63,410 nt of DNA from assembly GCA_038132575.1 (NCBI GenBank), contig JAYPRP010000006.1, forward strand, positions 1 to 63,410, given 5' to 3'. Positions 40,349 through 50,787 of this stretch are shown in pieces; within the stretch, counting starts at the first letter, position 1, and the number at the start of each line of letters is the position of its first letter. Below the pieces are notes generated by a model that worked only from the letters and a program-made list of their open reading frames with translations, was not told where the DNA came from and ran no database searches. Source of the DNA: Rhodospirillaceae bacterium (GTDB lineage: Bacteria; Pseudomonadota; Alphaproteobacteria; UBA6615). Made by a program: the position numbers and the translations under genes.

Positions 40349-42148
40349 TCAGACGGCCGCCGCGTCGTCGATGATCAGCTGGACGTCGTTCCGGCCCTGC
40401 CAGTTGTCCGGCCGGAGCTTGCCCGCGAGCTGAAGCGCGAGGCCGTCGGTCTGCAAAAGCGTGTCGCCCAGAGGCTCTCCCGCCGCGCGGAAGGCGATCG
40501 CCTTGAGCCGGCCACCGTCGGGCCCCGACAGGAAGCAGCGCACATGCCCTGCCCCCACCACGTCGGCCTTGGCGACGCGCACCGACGAAAGCATGAAACG
40601 CGGCTCGGAGTTGCCGGCACCGAACGGCGCAAGCCGCTGAAGCGATTCGACGAACTCGGGCTGCACCCCCTTCACGGCAACCGCGCCATCGATGCGCAGG
40701 GTCGGCACCACCGCGTTCCGCGCTACATCGTCGGCGACGCGTTCGTCTAGGAAACGCTGCACGTCGGGAAGCTTTGATCGTTCGACGGTGAGGCCCGCCG
40801 CCATCTTGTGGCCACCGCCGTTCACGAGGAGCCCTGCCTGGCGTGCGGCGATCACGGCGCTGCCGAGGTCCACCCCCTCGACCGACCGTCCCGAGCCCTT
40901 GCCCGTGTCGCCGTCAAACCCGATAACGAAAGCCGGGCGGTTGAAGCGCTCCTTGAGCCGGCCCGCGACGATGCCGATCACGCCTGGATGCCAGCCATCG
41001 CCCGCCGCGACTAAGAGGGCGGCGTCGCCCGCTTCGGCCTCGGCCTGGGCCATGGCCGCTTCGAACACCATGGCCTCGATCTCGCGCCGCTCGGTGTTCC
41101 ACTGGTCGAGCCGCTCGGCGAGCTCCGCCGCCTCGGCCGGATCGGGCGTCATCAGCAGTCGCGCCCCCATGGGCGCCTCTCCTACGCGCCCGCCCGCATT
41201 GACCCGCGGTCCCAGCAGGAAGCCGGCATGATACTCGGTCAGCCGTGAATCCACCCGCGCCACATCGGCGAGCGCGACGAGGCCGGGGTTCTGCCGCCGT
41301 GCCATGACCTTGAGTCCCTGGCTGACAAACGCGCGGTTGAGACCCACGAGCGGCACCACGTCGCAGACCGTACCCAGCGCGACCAGGTCTAGGAGACCGA
41401 GCAGGTCCGGCTCCTTGCGGCCCGACGTCTGATACCAGCCGGTGTCGCGCAGCATCCGGTTGGTCGCGATGGCGAACAGGAACGACACGCCGACGGCGGC
41501 CAGCGCCCCGTGGCCGCTGGTGTCGTCCAGCCGGTTGGGATTGATGACCGAGACCGCGCGGGGCAGCGCCGGTTCAGCCACGTGATGATCGACGACGATG
41601 ACATCGAGCCCGGCCTCGCCCGCCGCCTCGAGCGGCCCGAAGGCCGTGGTGCCGCAATCGACCGTCACGACGAGGCCGATTCCCTCGGCACGCAGACGCA
41701 GCATGGCCGGGCTCGTTGGCCCATAGCCCTCGGTGATGCGGTCCGGAATATAGACCCGCGCCGGCACGCCGATGGCGGCGAGGAACCTTGCGAGGAGCGC
41801 CGAGGACGTCGCGCCGTCTACGTCGTAGTCACCGAAGATGCCGATGGACTCCCCGTCCACGATCGCGCGAACAAGCCGCGCAGCAGCCTCCTCCATGCCG
41901 GCGAGGCTGGACGGATTCGGCAGCGCGTCGCGCAGGGTCGGCTCGAGGAACGCCTCGGCCGCATCGAGATCGATCCCGCGCGCCGCCATCACCCGGCCTA
42001 CCACCTCGGGTAGCCCGAGCCGCTGGGCAAGGGCCAGACCGGCACGATCGTCGGAGCCGCGCAACACCCACCGGCGGCCCGTGACCGATTTCGCGACCAG
42101 CACGTCCGTGTCGGATACCGTACTCGAAACCGGTGCGGGCTCCGTCAT
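40349..42148 (-). CDS. recJ: single-stranded DNA exonuclease RecJ
   Basis: GDYDVDG, TVDCG, DHH, GTVCDVV, NAGGR, GSGRS, GGH.MAAG. Confidence 0.98.
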   Translation of the reverse strand: MTEPAPVSSTVSDTDVLVAKSVTGRRWVLRGSDDRAGLALAQRLGLPEVVGRVMAARGIDLDAAEAFLEPTLRDALPNPSSLAGMEEAAARLVRAIVDGESIGIFGDYDVDGATSSALLARFLAAIGVPARVYIPDRITEGYGPTSPAMLRLRAEGIGLVVTVDCGTTAFGPLEAAGEAGLDVIVVDHHVAEPALPRAVSVINPNRLDDTSGHGALAAVGVSFLFAIATNRMLRDTGWYQTSGRKEPDLLGLLDLVALGTVCDVVPLVGLNRAFVSQGLKVMARRQNPGLVALADVARVDSRLTEYHAGFLLGPRVNAGGRVGEAPMGARLLMTPDPAEAAELAERLDQWNTERREIEAMVFEAAMAQAEAEAGDAALLVAAGDGWHPGVIGIVAGRLKERFNRPAFVIGFDGDTGKGSGRSVEGVDLGSAVIAARQAGLLVNGGGHKMAAGLTVERSKLPDVQRFLDERVADDVARNAVVPTLRIDGAVAVKGVQPEFVESLQRLAPFGAGNSEPRFMLSSVRVAKADVVGAGHVRCFLSGPDGGRLKAIAFRAAGEPLGDTLLQTDGLALQLAGKLRPDNWQGRNDVQLIIDDAAAV

Positions 42149-42156
42149 TCCCGGGG

Positions 42157-43140
42157 TCAGTCTTCGGAACCTGGCTTGCGGGACAAATTGTGCCTGGTAA
42201 TCACCTCGCGAACGGTGCCGGTGACCGAGCGCATCACGATGGAGTGGGTCTCCGCGCCGCCGCGGAACTTGCGGACGCCCTTGAGCATGGCGCCGTCGGT
42301 CACGCCGGTCGCGCAGAAGATCACGTCACCGGAGGCGAGATCGTCGCGGCTGTAAACCCGGTTGAGATCCTCGATACCGAGCTTGCGGGCGCGGCCGATC
42401 TCGTCGTCGTTGCGGAACAGGAGCTTCCCCTGGATCTGCCCGCCGATGCTCTGAAGCGCCGCCGCCGCCAGAACGCCCTCGGGTGCGCCGCCGCTGCCGA
42501 GATACATGTCGATCCCGCTGTCCGGGTCGGACGTGGCCATAACGCCGAAGATATCGCCGTCGGAAATCAGAAAAATCCGTGCACCTGCATCGCGCACATT
42601 CGCGATGAGCTCCTTATGGCGTGGACGGTCGAGGATGCACACCGTCAGATCCCCGATATCGCGGCCACTTTCCTTGGCGAGTCGCTTGAGGTTCTCCGCC
42701 GGCGGCGCATCGATATCGATGATGCCGTCCGGATAGCCGCCACCGATGGCGATCTTTTCCATGTAGACGTCGGGCGCGTTCAGGAAATCCCCGTCCGGCG
42801 CCAGCGCGAGCACGGCCATGGCATTCTGGTTGGCCTTCGCCGTGATGGTGGTGCCCTCGAGGGGATCGAGCGCGATGTCGATCTTAGGCCCGCCCGCGCC
42901 CACTTTCTCGCCGATATAGAGCATCGGCGCCTCGTCGCGCTCCCCCTCGCCGATCACCACGGAGCCATCGATGTTGAGCTTGTTGAGCGCCGTACGCATG
43001 GCATCGACTGCCGCCGCGTCCGCCTCACGCTCGTCGCCGCGTCCGACCCATCGCTCTGCGGCGATCGCCGCAGCTTCGGTCACGCGAACGGCCTCGATCG
43101 CCATGTTACGGTCCATCACCGCCTCATTTCGGCTGGTCAT
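42157..43140 (-). CDS. glpX: class II fructose-1,6-bisphosphatase
   Basis: VIGEGERDEAPMLYIGE, DPLEGT, GGAPEGV, ATGVTDG. Confidence 0.97.
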   Translation of the reverse strand: MTSRNEAVMDRNMAIEAVRVTEAAAIAAERWVGRGDEREADAAAVDAMRTALNKLNIDGSVVIGEGERDEAPMLYIGEKVGAGGPKIDIALDPLEGTTITAKANQNAMAVLALAPDGDFLNAPDVYMEKIAIGGGYPDGIIDIDAPPAENLKRLAKESGRDIGDLTVCILDRPRHKELIANVRDAGARIFLISDGDIFGVMATSDPDSGIDMYLGSGGAPEGVLAAAALQSIGGQIQGKLLFRNDDEIGRARKLGIEDLNRVYSRDDLASGDVIFCATGVTDGAMLKGVRKFRGGAETHSIVMRSVTGTVREVITRHNLSRKPGSED

Positions 43141-43186
43141 GAAACCCCCCTTTATCTTCGTTCTTGAGCCGTGATCACGGGCTCTT

Positions 43187-44482
43187 TTAGGCCAATGATT
43201 CGATTCTGATCATTGTCGGCTGTTCAACAACGGAATCCAATGCCTCGATGCGCTTGAGGGTACGCCGCATAGCGGCTTCCTCGCACACATGGGTGTTGAG
43301 CACGACCGGTACCGCCTCGGTCTCCGAACGCGCACGCTGGAGCATGGATTCGATGGAAATCGCCTCGTCGCGGAATACGGCCGTGATCTCGGCGATCACG
43401 CCCGGCTCGTCGCGCACCATGAGCCGGATATAGTAGGCGCCGCGGTGGCGCTCGATGGGCGCTGGTGTCTCATCGGCCAACGCTCCAACCGGGATGCCGA
43501 AGGTCGCGACCGAGAATCCCCGCGCCACGTCCACGATGTCGGCTACCACCGCTGATGCCGTGGGGCCGGCGCCCGCGCCGCGACCCTCATACATGGTGTC
43601 GTCCACGAAATCGCCGTGGGTGACCACCGCGTTGTAGGCATCCTCGACATGAGCGATAGGTTTGTCCTTGCTCACCATGCAGGGAAAGACGCGCTGCTCG
43701 AGGCCGTCCTCGGTCATCCGCGCGCTGCCGAGCAGCTTGATCCGGTAGCCGAACTCCTCGGCATAGTCGATGTCCTCGAGCGCGACCCGGCCGATGCCCT
43801 CGGTGTAAACACCCGCGAAATTGACCCGGGTGCCGAACGTGAGGCTCGCCAGCAGGGCGAGCTTATGCGCCGCGTCGATGCCGTCCACATCGATGCTAGG
43901 ATCCGCCTCGGCGTAACCGAGTTTCTGGGCTTCGGCGAGCACCGTCTCGTAGGGCAGGCGCTTCTCGCGCATCTCGGTCAGGATGTAGTTGCAGGTCCCG
44001 TTGAGGATGCCGTAAACGCGGGTGATCCGGTTGCCCGCCAGTCCCTCTCGTAGCGCCTTGACGATCGGGATGCCGCCAGCGATCGCGGCCTCGTAATTCA
44101 ACGACACGCCCGCCGCCTCCGCTGCCGACGCCAACGCGTCGCCATAAATCGCGAGCAATGCCTTGTTCGCGGTCACCACGTGGCGGCCCGCGGCAATTGC
44201 AGCCTCGCACACGGCCTTGGCCGGCCCGTCCTCGCCGCCAATCAGTTCCAGCACGAGATCGACATCCGCCTCGCACGCCATCGCGACGGGGTCGTCGTAC
44301 CAGTCATAGCCATCGAGGCTGACTCCACGGTCCTTCGAACGGTTCTGGGCCGAAACGGCCACGATATCGACATTGTGACCGCCGCGCTCGGCGATCAGCG
44401 CGCGATGTTCGGTCAGGACCGCGACGGTCCCGGCACCGACCGTTCCCAAGCCCGCGATGGCGATACGCAAAGAATCCGACAT
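43187..44482 (-). CDS. hom: homoserine dehydrogenase with ACT domain
   Basis: GLGTVG, VTANK, YEAAIAGGIP, NGTCNYIL, GYAEADP, GAGAGPTASAV. Confidence 0.97.
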   Translation of the reverse strand: MSDSLRIAIAGLGTVGAGTVAVLTEHRALIAERGGHNVDIVAVSAQNRSKDRGVSLDGYDWYDDPVAMACEADVDLVLELIGGEDGPAKAVCEAAIAAGRHVVTANKALLAIYGDALASAAEAAGVSLNYEAAIAGGIPIVKALREGLAGNRITRVYGILNGTCNYILTEMREKRLPYETVLAEAQKLGYAEADPSIDVDGIDAAHKLALLASLTFGTRVNFAGVYTEGIGRVALEDIDYAEEFGYRIKLLGSARMTEDGLEQRVFPCMVSKDKPIAHVEDAYNAVVTHGDFVDDTMYEGRGAGAGPTASAVVADIVDVARGFSVATFGIPVGALADETPAPIERHRGAYYIRLMVRDEPGVIAEITAVFRDEAISIESMLQRARSETEAVPVVLNTHVCEEAAMRRTLKRIEALDSVVEQPTMIRIESLA

Positions 44483-44494
44483 ACCTGGCTCCGG

Positions 44495-45727
44495 TTACTT
44501 GGCCGCAACAGACATGTGCGCAGCATCCGCGGCGTCGGCAAGCGCCTTCGTGGGACCTGCGAAAAGCTGCCGGATGCTGCGCGTCGCCTGGCGGATGCGC
44601 TGGGTGTTCTCGACTAGCGCGATCCGAACATGCCCGTCGCCATACTCGCCGAAGCCGAGGCCCGGCGAGACCGCGACATTCGCGTGCTTCAGCAGCAATT
44701 TCGAAAATGCGATGCTACCCAGAGAGGTGAAAGGTTCGGGGATGGGCGCCCAAATATACATGCTGGCCGTCGGGGTCGGTACATCCCAGCCCGCTCGGGT
44801 GAGCCCCTCAACCAGCACGTCCCGGCGCTCCCGGTAGATCGCGCGGGTTTCCTCGACACAGTCCTGCGGGCCGTTGAGCGCTGCAGTCGCCGCGACCTGG
44901 ATCGGCGTGAAAGCGCCATAATCGAGATAGCTCTTGACCCGTGCCAGGGACGCGATCAGGTCGGGATTGCCCGCCGCGAAGCCGATGCGCCAGCCCGGCA
45001 TGGAGTAGGTCTTGCTGAGCGAGGTGAACTCGACCGCCACATCCTTCGCGCCGGGCACCTGCAGGATCGAGGGCGGCGGATTGTCGTCGAAGTAGATCTC
45101 GGCATAGGCCAGGTCCGACAGGACGATGATCTCGTGGGTCCGGCAGAAATCGACGATCCGGCCATAGAACTCTAAATCCGCAGTGACCGACGTCGGGTTC
45201 GCGGGATAGCAGAGTACCAGCGCGACCGGCTTCGGCTGAGAATGCAGCACTGCGCGTTCAAGCGCCACCAGAAACTCGTCGTCGGGTGTGACCGGCAGGT
45301 AGCGCACGGTGCCGTCGGCGATAATAAAGCCGAACTGATGGATCGGATAGGAGGGGTTCGGCACCAACATCACGTCGCCGGGGCCCGTGATCGCCTGGGC
45401 CAGGTTAGCGAGGCCTTCCTTGGAGCCGATAGTGACTATCGCCTCGCGCTCAGGGTCGATATCGACACCGAAGCGGCGCTGGTAGTAACCGGACAGCGCC
45501 TTGCGCAGGCCCGGAATGCCGCGCGAGTTCGAGTAGCGATGGGTCCGCGGGTCCTGCACCGCCTCGACGAGCTTCTCGACGATGTGCGGCGGCGTCGGCA
45601 GGTCCGGGTTGCCCATGCCAAAGTCGATGATGTCCGCCCCCGCCGTACGCGCAGCCGCCTTCATCGCATTCACTTCAGCAAATACGTAGGGCGGTAACCG
45701 CTTGATGCGGTGGAATTGCGTCTGCAT
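44495..45727 (-). CDS. alaC: PLP-dependent aminotransferase (AlaC/YfdZ-like, often annotated LL-DAP aminotransferase)
   Basis: RIKRLPPYVF, GMGNPD, GSKEG, SKTYSMPGWR, KSYLDYG. Usual position upstream of hom. Confidence 0.8.
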   Translation of the reverse strand: MQTQFHRIKRLPPYVFAEVNAMKAAARTAGADIIDFGMGNPDLPTPPHIVEKLVEAVQDPRTHRYSNSRGIPGLRKALSGYYQRRFGVDIDPEREAIVTIGSKEGLANLAQAITGPGDVMLVPNPSYPIHQFGFIIADGTVRYLPVTPDDEFLVALERAVLHSQPKPVALVLCYPANPTSVTADLEFYGRIVDFCRTHEIIVLSDLAYAEIYFDDNPPPSILQVPGAKDVAVEFTSLSKTYSMPGWRIGFAAGNPDLIASLARVKSYLDYGAFTPIQVAATAALNGPQDCVEETRAIYRERRDVLVEGLTRAGWDVPTPTASMYIWAPIPEPFTSLGSIAFSKLLLKHANVAVSPGLGFGEYGDGHVRIALVENTQRIRQATRSIRQLFAGPTKALADAADAAHMSVAAK

Positions 45728-45837
45728 GGGTCCTGACCGGGCTCGGGTTCACGGAATACACGCGCCGCCGCCAATTGCGACGCCGTGCGTTCTTTTACAG
45801 ATGTCGGGGCGGGCGTGCGAGGCCCTTTTCAGCGGCG

Positions 45838-46839
45838 CTAGCGCAGGAAGAACACCTCGGCGCGGCGGTTCCCCGCCTCGCCGTTCGGCATCGCCTCGGA
45901 CCAGATCGGCTGATCGTCCGCGACCGCTTCGACCGTGATCAGGTTCAACGGCACACCCGACTGGATCAGCGCCTGCGCCACCGCGTTCGCGCGGCTAAAC
46001 GAGACCTGAAAGTTCGCAACCTCGTGACGCGCCTTGGACAGCTGGCGCGTCCGGCTGCTGGCATGGCCGACCACGAGCACGCTCGCCCCCATCTCGCGCT
46101 GGGCCGACGCCACGGTGGCCAGGATCGCGCGGTCACGCGCGCTAAGCCGCGCGGAGCTGTGATTGAACTGGATCGTGGCGACCTGCGTGTCCGGGGTAAC
46201 CCGGTCAGCGACCGGTGCGTATGCGCCCGCGTGGCTTCCGCCGCCGAGGACGCTCATATCGAGGATGACCGAGCCGGACGCCTGGGTCACCGGATCCGTC
46301 ACGGGCGGATTGCTGGCGATCTGGACGGCCGGAGCCGTGCTGCGCGGCGCAAGCACAGGTACCGGCGGGACCGCGGGCCGGGCCGCGGACGTGGCCGGGC
46401 GCGCCGCAAGCGTGGGCGGCGGCGGGGCCACGGACGGCGTGGGAGCCGTAACTTTTTCGGGCGCCGACGCGGCCGGGCGCGGTACGCTCTGTGACGCCTC
46501 GGACGCGCTGGTCGAGCCCTGCAGGCGGATCGCCTCGTCCGTGTAACGGGCGTTCTCGCGGTCGGAAATCAGGCCCTCGACAACACGCTCGCGGTTGCTT
46601 GTGGTCGGCATTTCGGGACGGCTCGGCACAGCGGTGAGCGACGGGGTGTCCGCATCGTCGGATACTTCGCGCTGTGCGTCGCTGCGGTCGCGCACGCCCT
46701 GTTCGGACGCGGTCTGGGCTGCCGGCTCATCGCCGTCGAAGATGCTGAATACGTTGTCGAAGAACGAACAGCCCGCCAGCGCGAACACGAATACGATCGG
46801 CAGCGCCTGTCGCGTGATCTTGTAAGGCCCCGACTTCAT
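45838..46839 (-). CDS. OmpA-family lipoprotein
   Basis: Lipobox LAGC, Pro/Ala-rich linker, C-terminal OmpA domain (VVGHAS, S.SRANAV, NRRAE). Confidence 0.85.
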   Translation of the reverse strand: MKSGPYKITRQALPIVFVFALAGCSFFDNVFSIFDGDEPAAQTASEQGVRDRSDAQREVSDDADTPSLTAVPSRPEMPTTSNRERVVEGLISDRENARYTDEAIRLQGSTSASEASQSVPRPAASAPEKVTAPTPSVAPPPPTLAARPATSAARPAVPPVPVLAPRSTAPAVQIASNPPVTDPVTQASGSVILDMSVLGGGSHAGAYAPVADRVTPDTQVATIQFNHSSARLSARDRAILATVASAQREMGASVLVVGHASSRTRQLSKARHEVANFQVSFSRANAVAQALIQSGVPLNLITVEAVADDQPIWSEAMPNGEAGNRRAEVFFLR

Positions 46840-47035
46840 CTGCTTCCACCCCTTCATGGTGTTGCGCGAACCAAGCGTCCCCGCGTCTACTCGCTTGATC
46901 TTTTGTGCGGTGCAACATAACCTGATTACACCGTACAACACACCAGCGGATGTACCTTGAGTGTCCGCATTCGATCAAGCGCTTCAAGACACGCCGTGAA
47001 TCGCAAAAAGCATCGAAGTTATAGAGGATTGGCGG

Positions 47036-48850
47036 ATGGCTGATCAACAAAATGCAAAAAATGCCGGCAATGACGCCACCGACCCCGAGGCCCTCGCCGC
47101 ATCAATGGCGAAGATCGCGGAGCGCAGCCAGGCGCTCGTGAACAGCTTCCTGTCGAACCAGTCCGGCAACATGGGCATGGCCGACCCGCTGAACGTGGGC
47201 TCCGCCTTCATCGAGCTGACCCAGCGCATGATGGCGAACCCGACGCACCTAATTCAGGCCCAGTTCCAGCTCTGGCAGAGCTATATGAACCTCTGGCAGT
47301 CCACGACCCAGAAGATGATGGGCGCGGAGGTTGAGGCCATTCACGAGCCCGACGGCGAGGATCGCCGGTTTCGCGACGCGGAATGGGACGAGAGCATCCT
47401 CTTCGACTATATCAAGCAGTCCTATTTGCTGTCGTCACGCTGGCTGACCAACACGGTCCGCGAGGTTGAGGGCCTGGACGACAAGACCGCGAAGAAGGTC
47501 GACTTCTACACTCGGCAGTTCGTCGACGCCATCGCGCCCACGAATTTCCTGATGACAAACCCGGAGGTGATCCGAGCGACGGTCGAGTCCGGCGGCGAGA
47601 ACCTAGTAAAGGGGCTAGAAAACCTGCTGGACGACATGGAGCGCGGCGACGGGCAGCTTCGCATCCGACAGACCGACGAAACGGCTTTCACGCTCGGCGA
47701 GAACATCGCGGTCACCCCCGGCAAGGTCGTCGACCAGACCGACCTGATGCAGCTGATCCAGTACGAGCCGCAGACCGAGAAGGTCGATGCGCGACCGCTC
47801 CTGATCATCCCGCCCTGGATCAACAAGTATTACATCCTCGATCTGCAACCGAAGAATTCGTTCATCAACTGGTGTGTCCACCAGGGGCTGACCGTCTTCG
47901 TCGTGTCCTGGGTCAATCCGGACCCTAAGCTCGCGGAAAAGTCTTTCGAGGACTACATGTTCGAGGGGCCTCTGGCCGCTCTCGACGCGATCGAGAAGGC
48001 GACCGGCCAGAAGGAGGCGAACGTCATCGGCTACTGCCTCGGTGGTACACTGCTCGCTTCGACGCTGGCCTACATGGCCGAGAAAAAGGACAAGCGGTTC
48101 GCGTCCGCGACCTTCTTCACCGCGCTCACCGACTTCACGGAACCCGGCGAGCTGGGCGTCTTCATCGACGAGGAACAGCTCGATTCCCTTGAGGAGCGGA
48201 TGGAGGAGGAAGGCGGCGTTCTGGAGGGTTCGTCCATGGCGACGACCTTCAACATGCTGCGGGCAAACGACCTGATCTGGTCCTTCGTGGTGAACAACTA
48301 TCTCCTCGGCAAGGAGCCCTTCCCGTTCGACCTTCTCTACTGGAACTCGGATTCCACGCGCATGCCCGCCGAGATGCACAGCTTCTACCTGCGCCGCATG
48401 TACCAGGAGAACAAGCTGATCGAGCCGGGCGGCATCGAGCTCGGCGGAGTGCCGATCGACCTCTCGAAGGTGGACCTGCCCGTCTTCATGCTGTCCACTA
48501 AGGAAGACCATATCGCGCCGTGGAAATCGACCTACGCCGCGACCCAGATTTACTCCGGGCCGGTGAAGTTCTGCCTCGCCGGGTCGGGCCATATCGCCGG
48601 CGTGGTCAACCCACCGACGGTCGAGAAGTACGGCTACTGGACGGCGGCGAAGAACCCCGCCGACCCGGACGCCTGGTTCGAGAGCGCCAAGGAGCACCCC
48701 GGCTCTTGGTGGCCGGAGTGGCGGAAGTGGCTGGCGAAGAATGCCGGCGGCCAGGTCGACGCCCGCAAGCCGGGTGACAGCAAACTTAAGGTGATCGAGG
48801 CCGCGCCGGGGAGCTACGCATCCTTGCGGCTGGATGCCGAGGAAAAGTAG
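47036..48850 (+). CDS. phaC: class I polyhydroxyalkanoate synthase
   Basis: DRRF, PPWINKYYILDL, lipase box GYCLGG, DHIAPW, SGHIAG, GSWW. Confidence 0.97.
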   Translation: MADQQNAKNAGNDATDPEALAASMAKIAERSQALVNSFLSNQSGNMGMADPLNVGSAFIELTQRMMANPTHLIQAQFQLWQSYMNLWQSTTQKMMGAEVEAIHEPDGEDRRFRDAEWDESILFDYIKQSYLLSSRWLTNTVREVEGLDDKTAKKVDFYTRQFVDAIAPTNFLMTNPEVIRATVESGGENLVKGLENLLDDMERGDGQLRIRQTDETAFTLGENIAVTPGKVVDQTDLMQLIQYEPQTEKVDARPLLIIPPWINKYYILDLQPKNSFINWCVHQGLTVFVVSWVNPDPKLAEKSFEDYMFEGPLAALDAIEKATGQKEANVIGYCLGGTLLASTLAYMAEKKDKRFASATFFTALTDFTEPGELGVFIDEEQLDSLEERMEEEGGVLEGSSMATTFNMLRANDLIWSFVVNNYLLGKEPFPFDLLYWNSDSTRMPAEMHSFYLRRMYQENKLIEPGGIELGGVPIDLSKVDLPVFMLSTKEDHIAPWKSTYAATQIYSGPVKFCLAGSGHIAGVVNPPTVEKYGYWTAAKNPADPDAWFESAKEHPGSWWPEWRKWLAKNAGGQVDARKPGDSKLKVIEAAPGSYASLRLDAEEK

Positions 48851-48864
48851 GCCGCTCGCGAAAA

Positions 48865-48951
48865 GATACCCGGGTCAAGCCCGGGTATGACGTGCGTAGG
48901 TAGGCTGTGAAACTCCAAGACCGTCATGCGCGGACTTGATCCGCGCAACTC
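48865..48951. repeat. inverted pair of CGTC-tagged REP-like palindromes
   Basis: Minus CGTCATACCCGGGCTTGACCCGGGTATC (48865-48892) and plus CGTCATGCGCGGACTTGATCCGCGCAAC (from 48922), between convergent genes. Confidence 0.85.
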
Positions 48952-48964
48952 GTAATAACGCCCG

Positions 48965-49519
48965 CTACTTCGCGCCGTTGCCCGACTTGATGTGCTCCTG
49001 GGCCATGCGCGCATAGGTGGCGACGCTCTCCGGCCAGTAGTCGAGCTCTTCCTGGCGCAGCTCCCGGAGCGGCTTCGCGGGGATGCCCGCCCACAGTTCA
49101 CCCGACTTGACGACCTTGCCCGGCGAGACGACCGCGCCGGCCGCGACCATCGCGCCCGTCTCCACCACCGCGCCGTCGAGCACGACCGAGCGCATGCCGA
49201 TGAAGCAACGCGACTGCAGCGTACAGGCGTGGATCAGCGCCGAATGGCCGATGGTGATCTCGTCTCCGATGACCGTCGGCATGTGCTCGGACCCGTCCTC
49301 GCGCGCGCCGTTGATGTGGATCACCGTCCCGTCCTGGATGTTCACCCGCTCGCCGATCCGGATGTGGCTGCCGGCATCGCCGCGGATCACGGACGAGTAC
49401 CAGACACTGGACCCCGAACCGATGTGAACATCGCCAATGACCGAGGCGGTGTCGGCGATAAACACGTCGTCGGCGATGGTCGGGGTGATCCCCAGATAGG
49501 TTTTGATCGGGCTGGTCAT
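48965..49519 (-). CDS. gamma-carbonic-anhydrase family hexapeptide-repeat protein (YrdA-like)
   Basis: VIGDV, IRGD, NIQD, and the His triad in VIH...IGH...IHAC. Confidence 0.92.
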   Translation of the reverse strand: MTSPIKTYLGITPTIADDVFIADTASVIGDVHIGSGSSVWYSSVIRGDAGSHIRIGERVNIQDGTVIHINGAREDGSEHMPTVIGDEITIGHSALIHACTLQSRCFIGMRSVVLDGAVVETGAMVAAGAVVSPGKVVKSGELWAGIPAKPLRELRQEELDYWPESVATYARMAQEHIKSGNGAK

Positions 49520-49557
49520 GCGCTGCTTCCTGAAACTCTCCTGGCTAATCTAAACAC

Positions 49558-49622
49558 CCTCACCCTGAGCTTGTCGAAGGGTGAGAGAGCGAACCTCATG
49601 CTTCGTCAGGCTCAGCATGAGG
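49558..49622. repeat. REP-like palindrome, family B copy 1
   Basis: CCTCACCCTGAGCTTGTCGAAGG...CTTCGTCAGGCTCAGCATGAGG, with a second copy at 61399. Confidence 0.85.
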
Positions 49623-49629
49623 CGTGAGG

Positions 49630-50568
49630 TCAAAGTCCTTCGCCTTCATCGGCGCCGATGATCAGGTTGAGGGTCTGGACGGCCTGGCCAGAGGCGCCCT
49701 TTCCGAGGTTGTCGATCACGCCGGCGACGACGGCCTGGCCGGTCGCGTCGTTGTGCAGCACATGCAGGTGAAGCTCGTTGGTGCCGTTGAGCGCCTCGGG
49801 ATCGAGGGTCGTGACCCCATCTTCCAGAGGCGCGACCGTCACGAACTGCTCGCCGGCATAGCGTGCGGCAAGCGCAGCATGCAGATCGGCCGCGATCGGC
49901 GCGCCCGGCAGGTGCCAGAGCGCCAGCGGAATCTGCACGAGCATCCCCTTGTAGTATTTGGCCACCGTCGGCACGAAGATCGGTGCGTTCGCGAGCCCGC
50001 CCCAGCGCGTGATCTCGGGAATATGCTTGTGCTGGAGACCGAGCGCGTAGGCGTAGAGGGTCGCGTTCGTGTAATTGTCGGCGTCGGGATCCTCAAACGC
50101 GGCAATCAGGGACTTTCCACCGCCCGAGTAGCCCGAGACGGCGTTGATCGTGACCGGGTAGTCGGCCGAGACGAGCCCGCCGGCCACTAGCGGATGGATC
50201 ATCGCGACGGCAGTGAGCGCGTAGCAGCCCGGGTTGCTGATCCGCGACGACGCCCGCATCGCATCGCGATGGCCCTTGTCGTACTCCGGAAAGCCATAGA
50301 CCCAACCGTCAACGGCCCGGTGCGCGGTCGACGCGTCGATCACCACCGTGTCGCTATCGATCAGGGAGACGGATTCCTGCGCCGCGTCGTCCGGCAGGCA
50401 AAGAATTGCCACATCGGCGTCATTCAGCGCCTCCCGCCGCGCGGCCGCGTCCTTGCGCGAGCCATCGCCGAGATGAATCAGCGACACGTCCGCGCGCGGC
50501 GCGAGCCGCTCGTGGATCTGCAGGCCGGTGGTCCCGGCCTCGCCGTCGATGAAAACCGTTGTGGTCAT
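49630..50568 (-). CDS. argC: N-acetyl-gamma-glutamyl-phosphate reductase (type 2)
   Basis: VFIDGEAGTTGL, DASTAHR, NPGCY, SGYSGGG, DNLGKGASG. Confidence 0.96.
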   Translation of the reverse strand: MTTTVFIDGEAGTTGLQIHERLAPRADVSLIHLGDGSRKDAAARREALNDADVAILCLPDDAAQESVSLIDSDTVVIDASTAHRAVDGWVYGFPEYDKGHRDAMRASSRISNPGCYALTAVAMIHPLVAGGLVSADYPVTINAVSGYSGGGKSLIAAFEDPDADNYTNATLYAYALGLQHKHIPEITRWGGLANAPIFVPTVAKYYKGMLVQIPLALWHLPGAPIAADLHAALAARYAGEQFVTVAPLEDGVTTLDPEALNGTNELHLHVLHNDATGQAVVAGVIDNLGKGASGQAVQTLNLIIGADEGEGL

Positions 50569-50787
50569 AGCGGTAGGGGTGTAGCGCGGCGCGCGCCAAA
50601 CGGGAAGGACCTTCCGCCAAAGTTGCCGGATTTCCTCACTTTTTTTCGGCGCATCCCTTGAGACACACAAGCTCGTCGCGTAAGCTATTGAAAATCGCAC
50701 ATAAATTATGGACATGGCGGGCATCGCGATCGCGCGGCGCCCGGTTAAGTCGGTGTGATCAAAGCGATAAGCAGGAGAGTGCAAACC